In this document: piece after piece, positions 29,988 through 39,258 of the stretch
How the letters are laid out: each line of letters starts with the position of its first letter
How positions within the stretch are numbered: the first letter of the stretch is position 1
Assembly (NCBI GenBank): GCA_964622685.1
Contig: CAZUUU010000002.1
Coordinates: forward strand, 1,034 to 65,033
Reading direction: 5' to 3'
Source: an uncultured Methylibium sp.
GTDB taxonomy: Bacteria > Pseudomonadota > Gammaproteobacteria > Burkholderiales > Burkholderiaceae_C
Length of the DNA stretch: 64,000 nucleotides
Notes under the pieces: model-generated
What the model was told of the DNA's origin: nothing
Database searches by the model: none
What the model saw: only the letters and a program-made list of their open reading frames with translations
Position numbers and translations under genes: made by a program

Positions 29988-31682
29988 ATGTACGCGCCGT
30001 TCTTCGGGCTGAAGCAGGAGCCGTTCTCGATCGCGCCGGATCCGCGCTATCTCTTCATGAGCGAGCGCCACCGCGAGGCGCTGGCGCACCTGCTGTACGG
30101 CGTGAAGGGCGGCGGCGGCTTCGTGCTGCTGACGGGCGAGATCGGCGCCGGCAAGACCACGGTGTGCCGCTGCTTCCTGGAGCAGATCCCCAAGCGCTGC
30201 AACGTCGCCTACGTCTTCAACCCGCGCTTGACGGCGGAGGAGCTGCTGCGCTCGGTCTGCGACGAGTTCGGCATCCCCAACCCGCACCAGGGGCCGGGCG
30301 CGACGACGGTCAAGGACTGGGTCGACGCGCTCAACGAGTTCCTGCTGCGCACGCACGCGGTCGGCCAGAACAACGTGCTGATCATCGACGAGGCGCAGCA
30401 GCTGTCGGCCGACGTGCTGGAGCAGCTGCGCCTGCTGACCAACCTGGAGACCAACGAACGCAAGCTGCTGCAGATCGTGCTGATCGGCCAGCCCGAGCTG
30501 CGCCAGATGCTGGCGCGGCCCGACCTGGAGCAGCTGGCGCAGCGCGTGATCGCGCGCTACCACCTCGAGCCGCTGTCCGAGAGCGAGACGCTGCAGTACA
30601 TCCGCCACCGCCTCGCGATCGGCGGGCTGACCACCGCGGCGCCCTTCGGCCGCGAGGCGATGCAGCGCGTGCACCAGCTGTCGCGCGGCGTGCCGCGGCG
30701 CATCAACCTGCTGTGCGACCGCGCGCTGCTGGGCGCCTACGCGACCGGTCGCAATCGCGTCGACGCGGCCATCGTCGACAAGGCCGCGAGCGAGGTCTTC
30801 GACAAGACGCCCCCACCGCGCACCGCGGCGCGGCGCCGCTGGCGGCCCGGCCGCATCGAGACGCTGGGGCTGGGCCTGGTGGGCGGCGCGGCGCTGTGGG
30901 GCCTGGTGTCGTGGGCGATGGACGGCCGCACGGCCGCGCGGCCCGACGTGGCGAGTGCCCAGGCGGCTGCCATGCCGGCGGCCTCGGCGGCATCGGCGGC
31001 CGGTGCGGCCGGTGCGGCCTCGGGGCCGTCCGAGGTGCAGGCGGCGGCCTCGGCACCGGCCGCCGCCGTCGCGATGGCCGACCTCAAGACCAGCCTGCAG
31101 CGCATGCCGCGCGACGAGGCCGGCGCCTGGCGCGCCCTGGCGCCGCTGTGGAAGCTCGATCTCGGCGAGGGCGAGCCCTGCCGCGAGGCGCAGCGCCAGC
31201 AGGTGCTCTGCTACAAGGCCAGCGGCACGCTGGCGCTGATCCGCCAGCTGGACCGGCCGGCCCTCCTGACGCTGCGCGACGACGAGGACCGGCCCGGCTA
31301 CGCGCTGCTGACCGGCCTGAACGCGCGCCACGCGACGCTGCTGCTGGACGGCAGGCCGCAGAGCGTCCCGCTGGTGGCGCTGGCGCAGCGCTGGCGCGGC
31401 GAGTTCGCGACGCTGTGGCGCGCGCCCACCGGGTATTCGCAGCTGCTGGTCGAGGGCAGCGCGGGGCCGCTGGTCGACGGCCTGGCCGCGCAGCTGGCCG
31501 GCCTGCAGGGCGAGCCCGCGCCCGCCGCGCCGCAGTCCTACGGACCGGCGCTGCGCTCGCGCGTCGTCACCTTCCAGGTCGCGCAGGGCCTCAAGCCCGA
31601 TGGCCTGGCCGGGCCCACGACCTTCATGCAGCTCAACCGCGTGACCGGTGTCGACGAGCCGCGCTTGCACACGGAACACTGA
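29988..31682 (+). CDS. exeA: ExeA/GspA family AAA ATPase with C-terminal peptidoglycan-binding domain
   Basis: MYAPFFGLKQEPFSIAPDPRYLFMS, GEIGAGKTT, IIDEAQ, GQPEL, GVPRRINLLCDRALL, FQVAQGLKPDGLAGPTT. Confidence 0.92.
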   Translation: MYAPFFGLKQEPFSIAPDPRYLFMSERHREALAHLLYGVKGGGGFVLLTGEIGAGKTTVCRCFLEQIPKRCNVAYVFNPRLTAEELLRSVCDEFGIPNPHQGPGATTVKDWVDALNEFLLRTHAVGQNNVLIIDEAQQLSADVLEQLRLLTNLETNERKLLQIVLIGQPELRQMLARPDLEQLAQRVIARYHLEPLSESETLQYIRHRLAIGGLTTAAPFGREAMQRVHQLSRGVPRRINLLCDRALLGAYATGRNRVDAAIVDKAASEVFDKTPPPRTAARRRWRPGRIETLGLGLVGGAALWGLVSWAMDGRTAARPDVASAQAAAMPAASAASAAGAAGAASGPSEVQAAASAPAAAVAMADLKTSLQRMPRDEAGAWRALAPLWKLDLGEGEPCREAQRQQVLCYKASGTLALIRQLDRPALLTLRDDEDRPGYALLTGLNARHATLLLDGRPQSVPLVALAQRWRGEFATLWRAPTGYSQLLVEGSAGPLVDGLAAQLAGLQGEPAPAAPQSYGPALRSRVVTFQVAQGLKPDGLAGPTTFMQLNRVTGVDEPRLHTEH

Positions 31683-31708
31683 TGACGACCCCCGCACACC
31701 TCCGGTGT

Positions 31709-31761
31709 TGCCCCCCGCGGGGGCGCTCAGCCCTCTTGGGGCGGCCCGGCGAGGGCTGAGC
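31709..31761 (+). repeat. Intergenic palindromic REP-like element (second family)
   Basis: GCCCCCCGCGGGGGC hairpin followed by GCTCAGCCCTC-TTGGGGCGGCCCGGC-GAGGGCTGAGC hairpin. Single copy here; resemblance to a Burkholderiales dispersed repeat is from memory. Confidence 0.5.
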
Positions 31762-31763
31762 CC

Positions 31764-32546
31764 ATGTCCTACATCCTCGATGCCCTGAGGCGCGCCGATT
31801 CCGAACGCGAGCGTGGCGCGGTGCCGGGCCTGCATGCGCAACCGGGCGCGGCGAGCAGCGACGACGACGAGGGCGCGGCCGCCGGTGCCGGGACCAATCC
31901 GCTGGTCTGGGTGATCGTGGCGCTGGCCCTGGTGCTGCTGGGTTCGCTGGCGTGGAACATGATGAGCGGCGGCGATGTGCCGGCGACCGTCGAGCCGGTG
32001 GCGGTCGTGCCCGCGCCGACCCCGACCCCGACACCGATGCCGGCCTCTGCCCCCGCGGCCGTCGTCGAGACGCCGAGGCCACCGCCCGTCGCCGTCGTCG
32101 CGGCAGCGGCGCCGACCCCGACCCCGACACCGGCACCGAAGGAAGTCGCGCCCGTGCGCGCGACGCCCGAGCTGCCGCTCGACAAGCCGCTGCCCCGCCC
32201 GCAGCGCCCGGCCGCCGAGCCTCGAAAGGCCGACCCGGCGCCGGCCGCATCGAAGCCGGCCACGACCCCGAGCAAGTCCGAGCCTGCGAACACCACCGAC
32301 GCCCCCGCGGCCGAGCCGCGCCTCTACGCCGTGAACGAACTGCCCGAGGACGTGCGCCGCGCCTTGCCGCTGCTGGCCTTCGGCGGCTCGGTCTATTCGG
32401 AGACGCCGGCCAATCGCATCCTCATCATCAACGGGCAGGTCTACAACGAGGGCGGAAGGCCCACGCCCGATGTCGTGCTGGAGCAGATCCGCCTGAAGAG
32501 CGCCGTGTTGCGCTTTCGCAGCTATCGCTACGAAGTAGCGTATTAG
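31764..32546 (+). CDS. gspB: General secretion pathway protein GspB/ExeB
   Basis: MSYILDALRRADSERERG, TM, Pro/Ala linker, GSVYSETPANRILIINGQVYNEG; follows exeA. Confidence 0.88.
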   Translation: MSYILDALRRADSERERGAVPGLHAQPGAASSDDDEGAAAGAGTNPLVWVIVALALVLLGSLAWNMMSGGDVPATVEPVAVVPAPTPTPTPMPASAPAAVVETPRPPPVAVVAAAAPTPTPTPAPKEVAPVRATPELPLDKPLPRPQRPAAEPRKADPAPAASKPATTPSKSEPANTTDAPAAEPRLYAVNELPEDVRRALPLLAFGGSVYSETPANRILIINGQVYNEGGRPTPDVVLEQIRLKSAVLRFRSYRYEVAY

Positions 32547-32696
32547 GCGAAAAGAGGCGAAGAGAGGCGAAGAGAAGAAACCGAGAGAAGTCCGCAAAGA
32601 CGACTTTCCGGTCGCGCACGAAGCCTGACCCGGGATTCAGCGCCGACTCGTTATCCTCGGGGCTCCCGTTGGGACCTTCACTACAAGGAAACGAGA

Positions 32697-33026
32697 ATGA
32701 CCCGGACCATCGCTCAGATCGAGAAGCAGATCGCACGCCTGAAGAAGCAGGCCGATGCGATCAAGCAGAAGGAAGTCGGCGGCGTCGTCGCGCGCATCAA
32801 GGAAGCGATCGCGCATTACGGGCTCACCGCCGCGGACCTGGGACTCGCGAAGCGCGCCAAGGCCGCAGTGGCCACGAAGAAGAAGCCGGGCCGCCGCAAG
32901 AAGCGCGCGCTGCCGGTCAAGTTCCGCGACGCCGCCGGCAACAGCTGGAACGGCCACGGCCGCCGGCCGAAATGGTTCCTCGAGGCGCTGGCCTCGGGCA
33001 AGTCGCCGGACGACCTGCTGGTCTGA
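32697..33026 (+). CDS. hns: H-NS family nucleoid-associated protein
   Basis: N-terminal coiled coil, IAHYGLTAADLG, VKFRDAAGNSWNGHGRRPKW (TWxGxGRxP-like motif). Confidence 0.9.
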   Translation: MTRTIAQIEKQIARLKKQADAIKQKEVGGVVARIKEAIAHYGLTAADLGLAKRAKAAVATKKKPGRRKKRALPVKFRDAAGNSWNGHGRRPKWFLEALASGKSPDDLLV

Positions 33027-33058
33027 GCGTCAGTCGAGCCGCGGGCGTCCGCGGCCTT

Positions 33059-33373
33059 TCATCCGCCGCCGCCCGGCGGCTTGCCGCCGCGGCCCGGCAC
33101 GAGCCTCAGGCGTCGCTGCGCATCGAGGCCGGGCGTGGCGCGCATGTCGGTGTCGACCTGGCCCGCATCGAGGTCGCGCTGGGCCTGGCGGATCACCGCG
33201 TCGGGCTTCTCGGCCACCGCGCCGGCGAACTGGTCGCGCTCGTGCGGCAACGCCAGACTCTCGTCGGTCGACGAGGGCGGCTTCGATCCCGGCGCGCGGG
33301 GTGACTTGCCGACCACGGCGAGACCGGCGCGTCGCTTGACGGCCTGCGGGGGCGGAGCAGGAGAGCGGGGCAT
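33059..33373 (-). CDS. Small hypothetical protein
   Basis: AGGA RBS; LPHERDQ, IRQAQRDLDAGQVDTDMRATPG core. Confidence 0.6.
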   Translation of the reverse strand: MPRSPAPPPQAVKRRAGLAVVGKSPRAPGSKPPSSTDESLALPHERDQFAGAVAEKPDAVIRQAQRDLDAGQVDTDMRATPGLDAQRRLRLVPGRGGKPPGGGG

Positions 33374-33388
33374 GGCGTTTCCTGGGAG

Positions 33389-33959
33389 TCAGTGCCGCGT
33401 CGAGGCGACGTCGTAGGAGCCGAAGACCTGGCGCAGCGGCCTGGTCTCGGGCAGAACGTAGACAACGGCGCGCTGCGCGGCGAAGGTCGGCTGGATGTGC
33501 GCGTCGTAGAACGCCGCCGGCACGTTGATGCAACCGTACGAGATGCGGTTGTCGTCGATCGTCGCGCTGGCGAGTCGCTCGGCGCGTCGTTCCGCCGCGT
33601 GGGTGGTGCGGACCCGGTGCATCGACACGGCGGCGCCGTAGTCGATCCAGATCACGTCCTCGCCCAGTGCGTTGCGCCCCGGCTCGGCGACGAAGCGACC
33701 GGCCGGCGTGGTGCGCTCGTGCGGGCGCACCTGATCGACGGGGCGCGTGCCGATGCCGGGCACCGATTCGTCGCCGCGCGCCGACCCCAGCAGCACCGGA
33801 CTGCTGGCGCGTGCTCGCGGACTCGGCCGGCGTCGCGCGATGGGCGGCACTCGCGCCCGGCGGCCCGACCGGCGGAAGCACGAGGCCGAGGATCGCCGCG
33901 CCGGCAAGCGCGCCGCGCCGCAGGTCCGACAACGCGAACCGGTCGCTCGTCGTGGCCAC
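33389..33959 (-). pseudogene. L,D-transpeptidase-like (YkuD) gene with frameshift and probable internal deletion
   Basis: Catalytic half (SPVLLGSARGD, TTPAGRF, VSMHRV, NRISYGCINV) is in a different frame from the signal-peptide half (GTG 33959: ATTSDRFALSDLRRGALAGAAILGLVL); junction near 33800-33830. Confidence 0.65.
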
Positions 33960-33990
33960 GGCGTCAGGGTTCCGTGCCGGCGCGGGTGCT

Positions 33991-34287
33991 TCAGTTGCGA
34001 TCGGCGATCGGCGCACGCTCGTCGGCGTTCGTCATGCCTCTGTCGACCGAGGGAGCGGCGGTGGTGCCGCTCGTCGTGCCGCTGTTGCCCGTCGTGTCGG
34101 TCGCGCCCGGGGTCCCGCTCGTGCCGGAGTTCGTGGCGTCGGGCTGCGCCGGGTGGGTCGGCATGGTCTCGGTCGTCTGGCCCGGCATGGTGTGCGGTGC
34201 GGTGGTCGTCTGCGCGTAGGCGAAGGTGATGCTGCCGACGACCGACAGCGCGGTCACGGTGGTGACGAGGAACTTGGAGGTGTCCAT
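33991..34287 (-). CDS. Small secreted Thr/Gly-rich low-complexity protein
   Basis: AGGAG RBS; signal peptide ending FAYA-Q; disordered body; C-terminus ERAPIADRN. Confidence 0.7.
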   Translation of the reverse strand: MDTSKFLVTTVTALSVVGSITFAYAQTTTAPHTMPGQTTETMPTHPAQPDATNSGTSGTPGATDTTGNSGTTSGTTAAPSVDRGMTNADERAPIADRN

Positions 34288-34442
34288 GGCGGTGGCTCCT
34301 GCAGGGATGAGGGGATGGACATGGCACCGATCGAGCGGTGCCGAGCCCACCGTAGGAGCATCGACGGGCGACGTCTGTGCGTCGGCACACAGTGCCCGCA
34401 TCGACGAACTCCCGCCGACGCAGCGCCGCTGCCGGCCCGCCG

Positions 34443-35177
34443 CTACTTCTGCGCGTAGAAGGTGCGCGGGAAGAACACCAGTTCGCCGGGACGCTGCACG
34501 CGGTACAGCTGCGCCGGCCTGAAGTTGCCGGTGCGCATGCGCTCGACCGGCTCGAGCCAGTCCACCGACAGCATGCGGGTGCGAAACGCGCTCTTCTCGA
34601 GCGGGCGGCCCAGCACCGTCTCGTAGCAACGCTGCAGGTCCGTGAGCGTGAACTCGCGCGGCAGCAGGTAGGCCGGCAGCGAGGTGTATTCGACCTTGGC
34701 GCGCAGGCGCTCGAGCGCCTGCTGGACGATGCGGCGATGGTCGAAGGCCAGCGCGGGCCAGCGCTTCTCGCCGTCGACCGGCCACCACTGGGCGCGCTCG
34801 GCATTGCCGCCGGCCTGCAGCTCGACCTCGTCCGACGGCATCAGCGTGAAGTAGACGTGCGTCGCCGACCAGCCGCGCGGGTCGCGCGTCGCGTCGCCCC
34901 AGCTGCCCAGCTGTTCCAGGTAGGGCGGCACCACCGCCGTCTTATCGCGCAGCTTGCGCTGCGCACAGGCCTCGAGCGATGCATCGCGCGCGACATCGAC
35001 GAAGCCGCCCGGCAGCGCCCAGCGGCCGGGCTGGGGCTCGTCGCCGCCTTCCGGTCGCCGGACCAGCAGCAGGTGCAACTGCTCGTCGCGCACGGTGAAG
35101 ACCACCACGTCGACGCTGCACAGCGGCCGTTCGATCGCGGCGGCAGTGCGGGCGGGCGCTTCAGGCGGGCGTGGCAT
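34443..35177 (-). CDS. nrtR: NrtR-family NUDIX/wHTH transcriptional regulator
   Basis: SVDVVVF, WALPGGFV, YLEQLGSWG..RDPRGWS, LAFDHRRI, FTLTDLQRCYE, KSAFRTR, RPAQLY. Confidence 0.88.
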   Translation of the reverse strand: MPRPPEAPARTAAAIERPLCSVDVVVFTVRDEQLHLLLVRRPEGGDEPQPGRWALPGGFVDVARDASLEACAQRKLRDKTAVVPPYLEQLGSWGDATRDPRGWSATHVYFTLMPSDEVELQAGGNAERAQWWPVDGEKRWPALAFDHRRIVQQALERLRAKVEYTSLPAYLLPREFTLTDLQRCYETVLGRPLEKSAFRTRMLSVDWLEPVERMRTGNFRPAQLYRVQRPGELVFFPRTFYAQK

Positions 35178-35210
35178 GGATCACGGGTGGGGACTTGACA
35201 AGCCCGATCT

Positions 35211-35252
35211 TAGTTCTATTATCCAACTTACATAGTGGCCTGATCCCACTAT
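35211..35252. promoter_or_regulatory. Two tandem palindromic operators (candidate NrtR sites)
   Basis: AGTT-N9-AACT (35212-35228) and ATAGTGG-N7-CCACTAT (35232-35252; core AGTG-N9-CACT), 22-bp period, in the AT-rich divergent gap. Confidence 0.65.
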
Positions 35253-35272
35253 TAATGCGAAAGGAGCTCCCC

Positions 35273-36322
35273 ATGCTCGGCATCCAGTACATCAAGACCC
35301 CGCCCACCACCTACCTGATGCAGTTCCGCGGCGGGCGGCTGGTGCGCGAAGGCGCCGGCCTCTCCCTCTTCGTCTACGCGCCCGCCAGCACCCTGGTCGC
35401 GGTGCCGGTGGCGAGCCGCCGCGACGACTTCATCGAGCCCTACACCACCGCCGACTTCCAGACGCTGACGGTGCAGGGCCAGATCACCTGGCGCATCCGC
35501 GAGCCGCGCAAGACGGCGGCGATGCTCGACTACTCGCTGGCGCCCGGCGGCAAGGCCTACGTCTCCGACGGCCCCGAGAAGCTGCCCGAGCGCGTGCTGA
35601 GCCTGCTGCGGGTGCTGGTCCAGCAGGGCATGAAGCGCCGCCCGCTGAAGACTGCGCTGCAGGCCGGCGACGAACTGGGCGCCGAAGCACTGCGCGCGCT
35701 GGCGGTGCACCCCGAGATCGCCGCGCTGGGCCTCGAGGTGCTGGGCCTGGCCGTCGAGGCGGTGCGCCCGACGCCGGAAACGGCGCGCGCCCTGGAGGCC
35801 GAGGCGCGCGAGTCCATCCTCAAGTCCGCCGACGAGGCCATCTTCCTGCGCCGCAACGCCGCGGTCGAGAACGAGCGCCAGATCCGCGAGAGCGAGCTCG
35901 AGACCGAGATCGCGGTCGAGCGCAAGAAGCGCACGATCCGCGAGACCGAGGTCGAGACCGAGGCCAGCATCCAGGACAAGCGCGCGCAGCTGGCCCGGGC
36001 CGACATGCGCTCGAGCATCGAGCTCGAAGACGAACGCCGGCAGCTCGTCACCAGCCAGGCCGCCAACACGCGCGCGCTGGCCGAGGCCGAGGCGCACCGC
36101 GTCGGCGCGCTGATGGAGGCGCTGGAGAAGGCCGACCCCAAGGTGATCCAGGCCTTCGCCTCGGTGGGCATGGAGCCGGGCCAGCTGATCGCGCAGGCCT
36201 TCGGCGGCCTGGCCGAGCGGGCCGACAAGATCGGCGAGCTCAACATCTCGCCGGACCTGCTGCGCTCGCTGATGGGTAGTGCGGGAGGCGCGCCGGCCCG
36301 CGGCGCCGCGGGCAAAGCCTGA
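35273..36322 (+). CDS. SPFH/band-7 domain protein
   Basis: AAGGAG RBS; TADFQTLTVQGQITWRI, ALEAEARE, RRNAAVENERQIRESELETEI coiled coil, IGELNISPDLL. Confidence 0.85.
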   Translation: MLGIQYIKTPPTTYLMQFRGGRLVREGAGLSLFVYAPASTLVAVPVASRRDDFIEPYTTADFQTLTVQGQITWRIREPRKTAAMLDYSLAPGGKAYVSDGPEKLPERVLSLLRVLVQQGMKRRPLKTALQAGDELGAEALRALAVHPEIAALGLEVLGLAVEAVRPTPETARALEAEARESILKSADEAIFLRRNAAVENERQIRESELETEIAVERKKRTIRETEVETEASIQDKRAQLARADMRSSIELEDERRQLVTSQAANTRALAEAEAHRVGALMEALEKADPKVIQAFASVGMEPGQLIAQAFGGLAERADKIGELNISPDLLRSLMGSAGGAPARGAAGKA

Positions 36323-36349
36323 TCGGACGCAGAGCGAACGGAGACCCTC

Positions 36350-37282
36350 ATGGCCGCCCTGGAACGCAAGGTGGTGCTGGTCACGCGGCGCACGCGGCTG
36401 GAGGAACTGCTGCTGCGCTTCGTGACCCTGGAGCAGGCGCGCTTCTACGTCGAGCGCCTGGGCGCGGACTTCCACGACTACGAGACCGAGCACGCGAGCT
36501 ACCGCGCCGCGGTCGCGTCGGTGAAGGCGCGGCTCGAACGCCACGGCCGCTACCAGCTCGTGGACCGCGGCCTGCTGCCGAACTTCCTGTTCGGCCCGGA
36601 CGACCTGGTGATGGCGCTGGGCCAGGACGGCCTGGTCGCCAACACCCTGAAGTACCTGGACGGCCAGCCCCTCATCGGCGTGAACCCCGACCCGAAGCGC
36701 TACGACGGCCTGCTGCTGCCCTTCGGCGTGGCCGACGTCGACCCGCTGCTGCCCGAGGCGCTGGCGAACCGGCGGCCGCTGAATGCGGTGACGATGGCGG
36801 TGGCCTCGCTGCAGGACGGCCAGCGGCTGTTCGCGGTCAACGACCTCTTCATCGGCCCGCGCAGCCACACCTCGGCGCGCTACGAACTGCAGCACGAGGA
36901 CCGCCACGCGGTGCAGTCGTCGAGCGGCATCATCGTGTCGACGGGGCTCGGCTCCACGGGCTGGATGCGTTCGGTGCTGGCCGGCGCGATGGCGATCGCC
37001 GGGGGCCTGCGCGGCGCGCCGCCGCCGCCCGAGCGGGGACCCATGCCCTGGGACAGCGAGCGCCTGCTGTTCGCGGTGCGCGAGCCCTTCCCCAGCCGCA
37101 CGACCCAGGTCGATCCGGCCTGGGGCTACGTCACGCACGAGAGCCGGCTGACGCTGCGCTCGCGGATGGCCGAGGGCGGCGTGATCTTCAGCGACGGCAT
37201 CGAGGCCGACTACCTGGCCTTCAACGCGGGAACGAAGGCCGAGATCGCGGTGGCCGATCGCCAGGGCCGGCTGGTCGCCTGA
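36350..37282 (+). CDS. NAD-kinase-like (PpnK fold) protein
   Basis: LGQDG (cf. GGDG), IGVNPDP, AVNDLFIG (cf. NE/D motif), SSGIIVSTGLGSTGW (cf. TPTGSTAY), IFSDG. Confidence 0.8.
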   Translation: MAALERKVVLVTRRTRLEELLLRFVTLEQARFYVERLGADFHDYETEHASYRAAVASVKARLERHGRYQLVDRGLLPNFLFGPDDLVMALGQDGLVANTLKYLDGQPLIGVNPDPKRYDGLLLPFGVADVDPLLPEALANRRPLNAVTMAVASLQDGQRLFAVNDLFIGPRSHTSARYELQHEDRHAVQSSSGIIVSTGLGSTGWMRSVLAGAMAIAGGLRGAPPPPERGPMPWDSERLLFAVREPFPSRTTQVDPAWGYVTHESRLTLRSRMAEGGVIFSDGIEADYLAFNAGTKAEIAVADRQGRLVA

Positions 37283-37349
37283 GGCGGGGCGGCGACGGCG
37301 GACCGTGGGTACATTGGCATCCCGCCACGACGCACCGACGACCCGCCCC

Positions 37350-38276
37350 ATGGCTGCCTCCGGCACCGGCCCCTGCCCAATCGCGCCCGCGCCTCCGCGC
37401 GAACGGCTGTTCCTCCGCTTGCGCGAGGACGCGACCCAGGGCCCCGAGTCCGAGCTGCCGGCCGGCACGCTGCGCAGCGTGCCGGTCGACGCGGCCCTGC
37501 GGCCCCATGTGGCGCACATCCTGGTCTACCGCGAGACGCTCGCCGACAGCGAGCCCGTCATCGAGCGCGTGCTGCCCGACGGTGCCCTGCGGCTGATGAT
37601 CCACCTCGACGAGTCGCCGACCGGCGTGGCCGCGACGGCCTGCGTGATGGGGGCGTCGGCGGCGCCGGCCCTGGTGCCGCTGCGCGGCCGCATGCACGGC
37701 CTGTCGCTCACGCTGCAGCCCGGCGCGGCGGCGGCGCTGCTGGGCCTGCCGGCCGGCGAGCTGCCCGGCCTGCCGCTGCCCTTGCGCGAGCTGCTCGGCG
37801 ACGACGCGGACCGACTCCTGGAGCAGATGGAGCGGATCGGGCACGCCGCCGCCGACGATGCGCGCGTCGCCCTGCTGCAGCGGCTGCTGCTGGCCCGGCT
37901 GTCGCGAGCCGCGTCGGCGCCCTCCCCGAGCCTGCCCCTCGCCACGCGGGCGCTGGCCCTCATCGACGCGGCCGGCGGGCAGCGTCCGCTGCGCGAGGTG
38001 GCGGCAGCGGTCGGCGTGGGCGAGCGGCGGCTGCAGCAGGTCTTTCACGAGCAGGTCGGCCTCACGCCGCGCACCGCCGGCCGGCTGGCCCGCCTGCATC
38101 ACCTGGTGCGCGCACTGCGCCGCGACCCGGCCGAGCCCTGGGCCCAGCTGGCCGCCGGCGGCGGCTACTACGACCAGGCGCATCTGGCGAACGAGTTCCG
38201 GGCGCTGTCCGGCATGACGCCGAGCGCGTTCCGCGCGCGGCGCGCGGCTTCGGCTTCTTCCAAGACGACGGGCTGA
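37350..38276 (+). CDS. AraC-family transcriptional regulator
   Basis: ERVLPDG N-terminal domain; GERRLQQVFHEQVGLTP, GYYDQAHLANEFRALSGMTP; start uncertain (37305 or 37350). Confidence 0.88.
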   Translation: MAASGTGPCPIAPAPPRERLFLRLREDATQGPESELPAGTLRSVPVDAALRPHVAHILVYRETLADSEPVIERVLPDGALRLMIHLDESPTGVAATACVMGASAAPALVPLRGRMHGLSLTLQPGAAAALLGLPAGELPGLPLPLRELLGDDADRLLEQMERIGHAAADDARVALLQRLLLARLSRAASAPSPSLPLATRALALIDAAGGQRPLREVAAAVGVGERRLQQVFHEQVGLTPRTAGRLARLHHLVRALRRDPAEPWAQLAAGGGYYDQAHLANEFRALSGMTPSAFRARRAASASSKTTG

Positions 38277-38320
38277 AGCAGCGTTAGCGTCTGCCTTCCC
38301 TTGATGCCGGAGGCGCCACG

Positions 38321-39229
38321 ATGCAGACGAAGGAACGACCCTCGCAAGCACTCACCGGCCGCGTGGCCGTGGTGACCGGCGCGAGCCGCGGCGCCGGCCG
38401 CGGCATCGCCGTCGAGCTGGGCGCCGCCGGCGCCACGGTGATCGTCACCGGCCGCTCGACGCGCGAGCAGCCCGCCACGGGCTACGAACGGATCCTCGCG
38501 CTGTCGTCGATGAGCACCATGCCCGGCAGCATCGACGAGACCGCCGAGGAGGTCACCCGCCAGGGCGGCCGCGGCATCGCGCTGCGCTGCGACCACGGCC
38601 GCGAGGACGAGGTGCAGGCGCTGTTCGCGCGCGTGCAGGCCGACCACGGCCGGCTCGACCTGCTGGTCAACAACGCCTGGGGCGGCCACGAGAGCTTCGA
38701 CGGCGTCTTCGACGCGCCGTTCTGGGAGCATCCGCTCGCGCACTGGGACTCGATGATCGACCGCGGCGTGCGCCACCACCTGCTGGCGGCGCGCTGCGCG
38801 GCACCGGCGATGGTGAAGCAGGGCCACGGGCTGATCGTCGCGACGAGCTTCTGGGACCGCGACCGCTACCTGCGCGGCAACCTCTACTACGACCTGGCCA
38901 AGGCGATGATCAACCGCCTGGCCTTCGGCCTGGCGCAGGAACTGCGCGCGCACCGGGTCGCCTCGGTCGCGGTCTCGCCGGGCTGGATGCGCACCGAGCT
39001 GGTCCTCGCCGGCCACCAGACCGACGAAGCGCACTGGCAGGAGCGCCCGGCGCTCGCGCGCACCGAGTCGCCACGCTACCTGGGCCGCGCCATCGCGGCG
39101 CTGGCCGCCGACCCGGCGGTGCTGAGCCGGACCGGCCGCGTGATGCGCGTCGCCGACCTCGCGCGCGAGTACGGCTTCACCGACGTCGACGGCCGGCAGG
39201 TGGCGGCGTTCGAGCTGGACGAGGACTGA
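38321..39229 (+). CDS. SDR family oxidoreductase
   Basis: VTGASRGAGRGIA, LDLLVNNAWGG, YDLAK (YxxxK), VSPGWMRTE. Confidence 0.92.
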   Translation: MQTKERPSQALTGRVAVVTGASRGAGRGIAVELGAAGATVIVTGRSTREQPATGYERILALSSMSTMPGSIDETAEEVTRQGGRGIALRCDHGREDEVQALFARVQADHGRLDLLVNNAWGGHESFDGVFDAPFWEHPLAHWDSMIDRGVRHHLLAARCAAPAMVKQGHGLIVATSFWDRDRYLRGNLYYDLAKAMINRLAFGLAQELRAHRVASVAVSPGWMRTELVLAGHQTDEAHWQERPALARTESPRYLGRAIAALAADPAVLSRTGRVMRVADLAREYGFTDVDGRQVAAFELDED

Positions 39230-39258
39230 GCGGCGACCACGCCGTTCCCGCCGGTCCT

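Noticed and set aside
28800-32597. 1265-aa minus-strand ORF
   Set aside because: Antisense shadow of three well-supported plus-strand genes.
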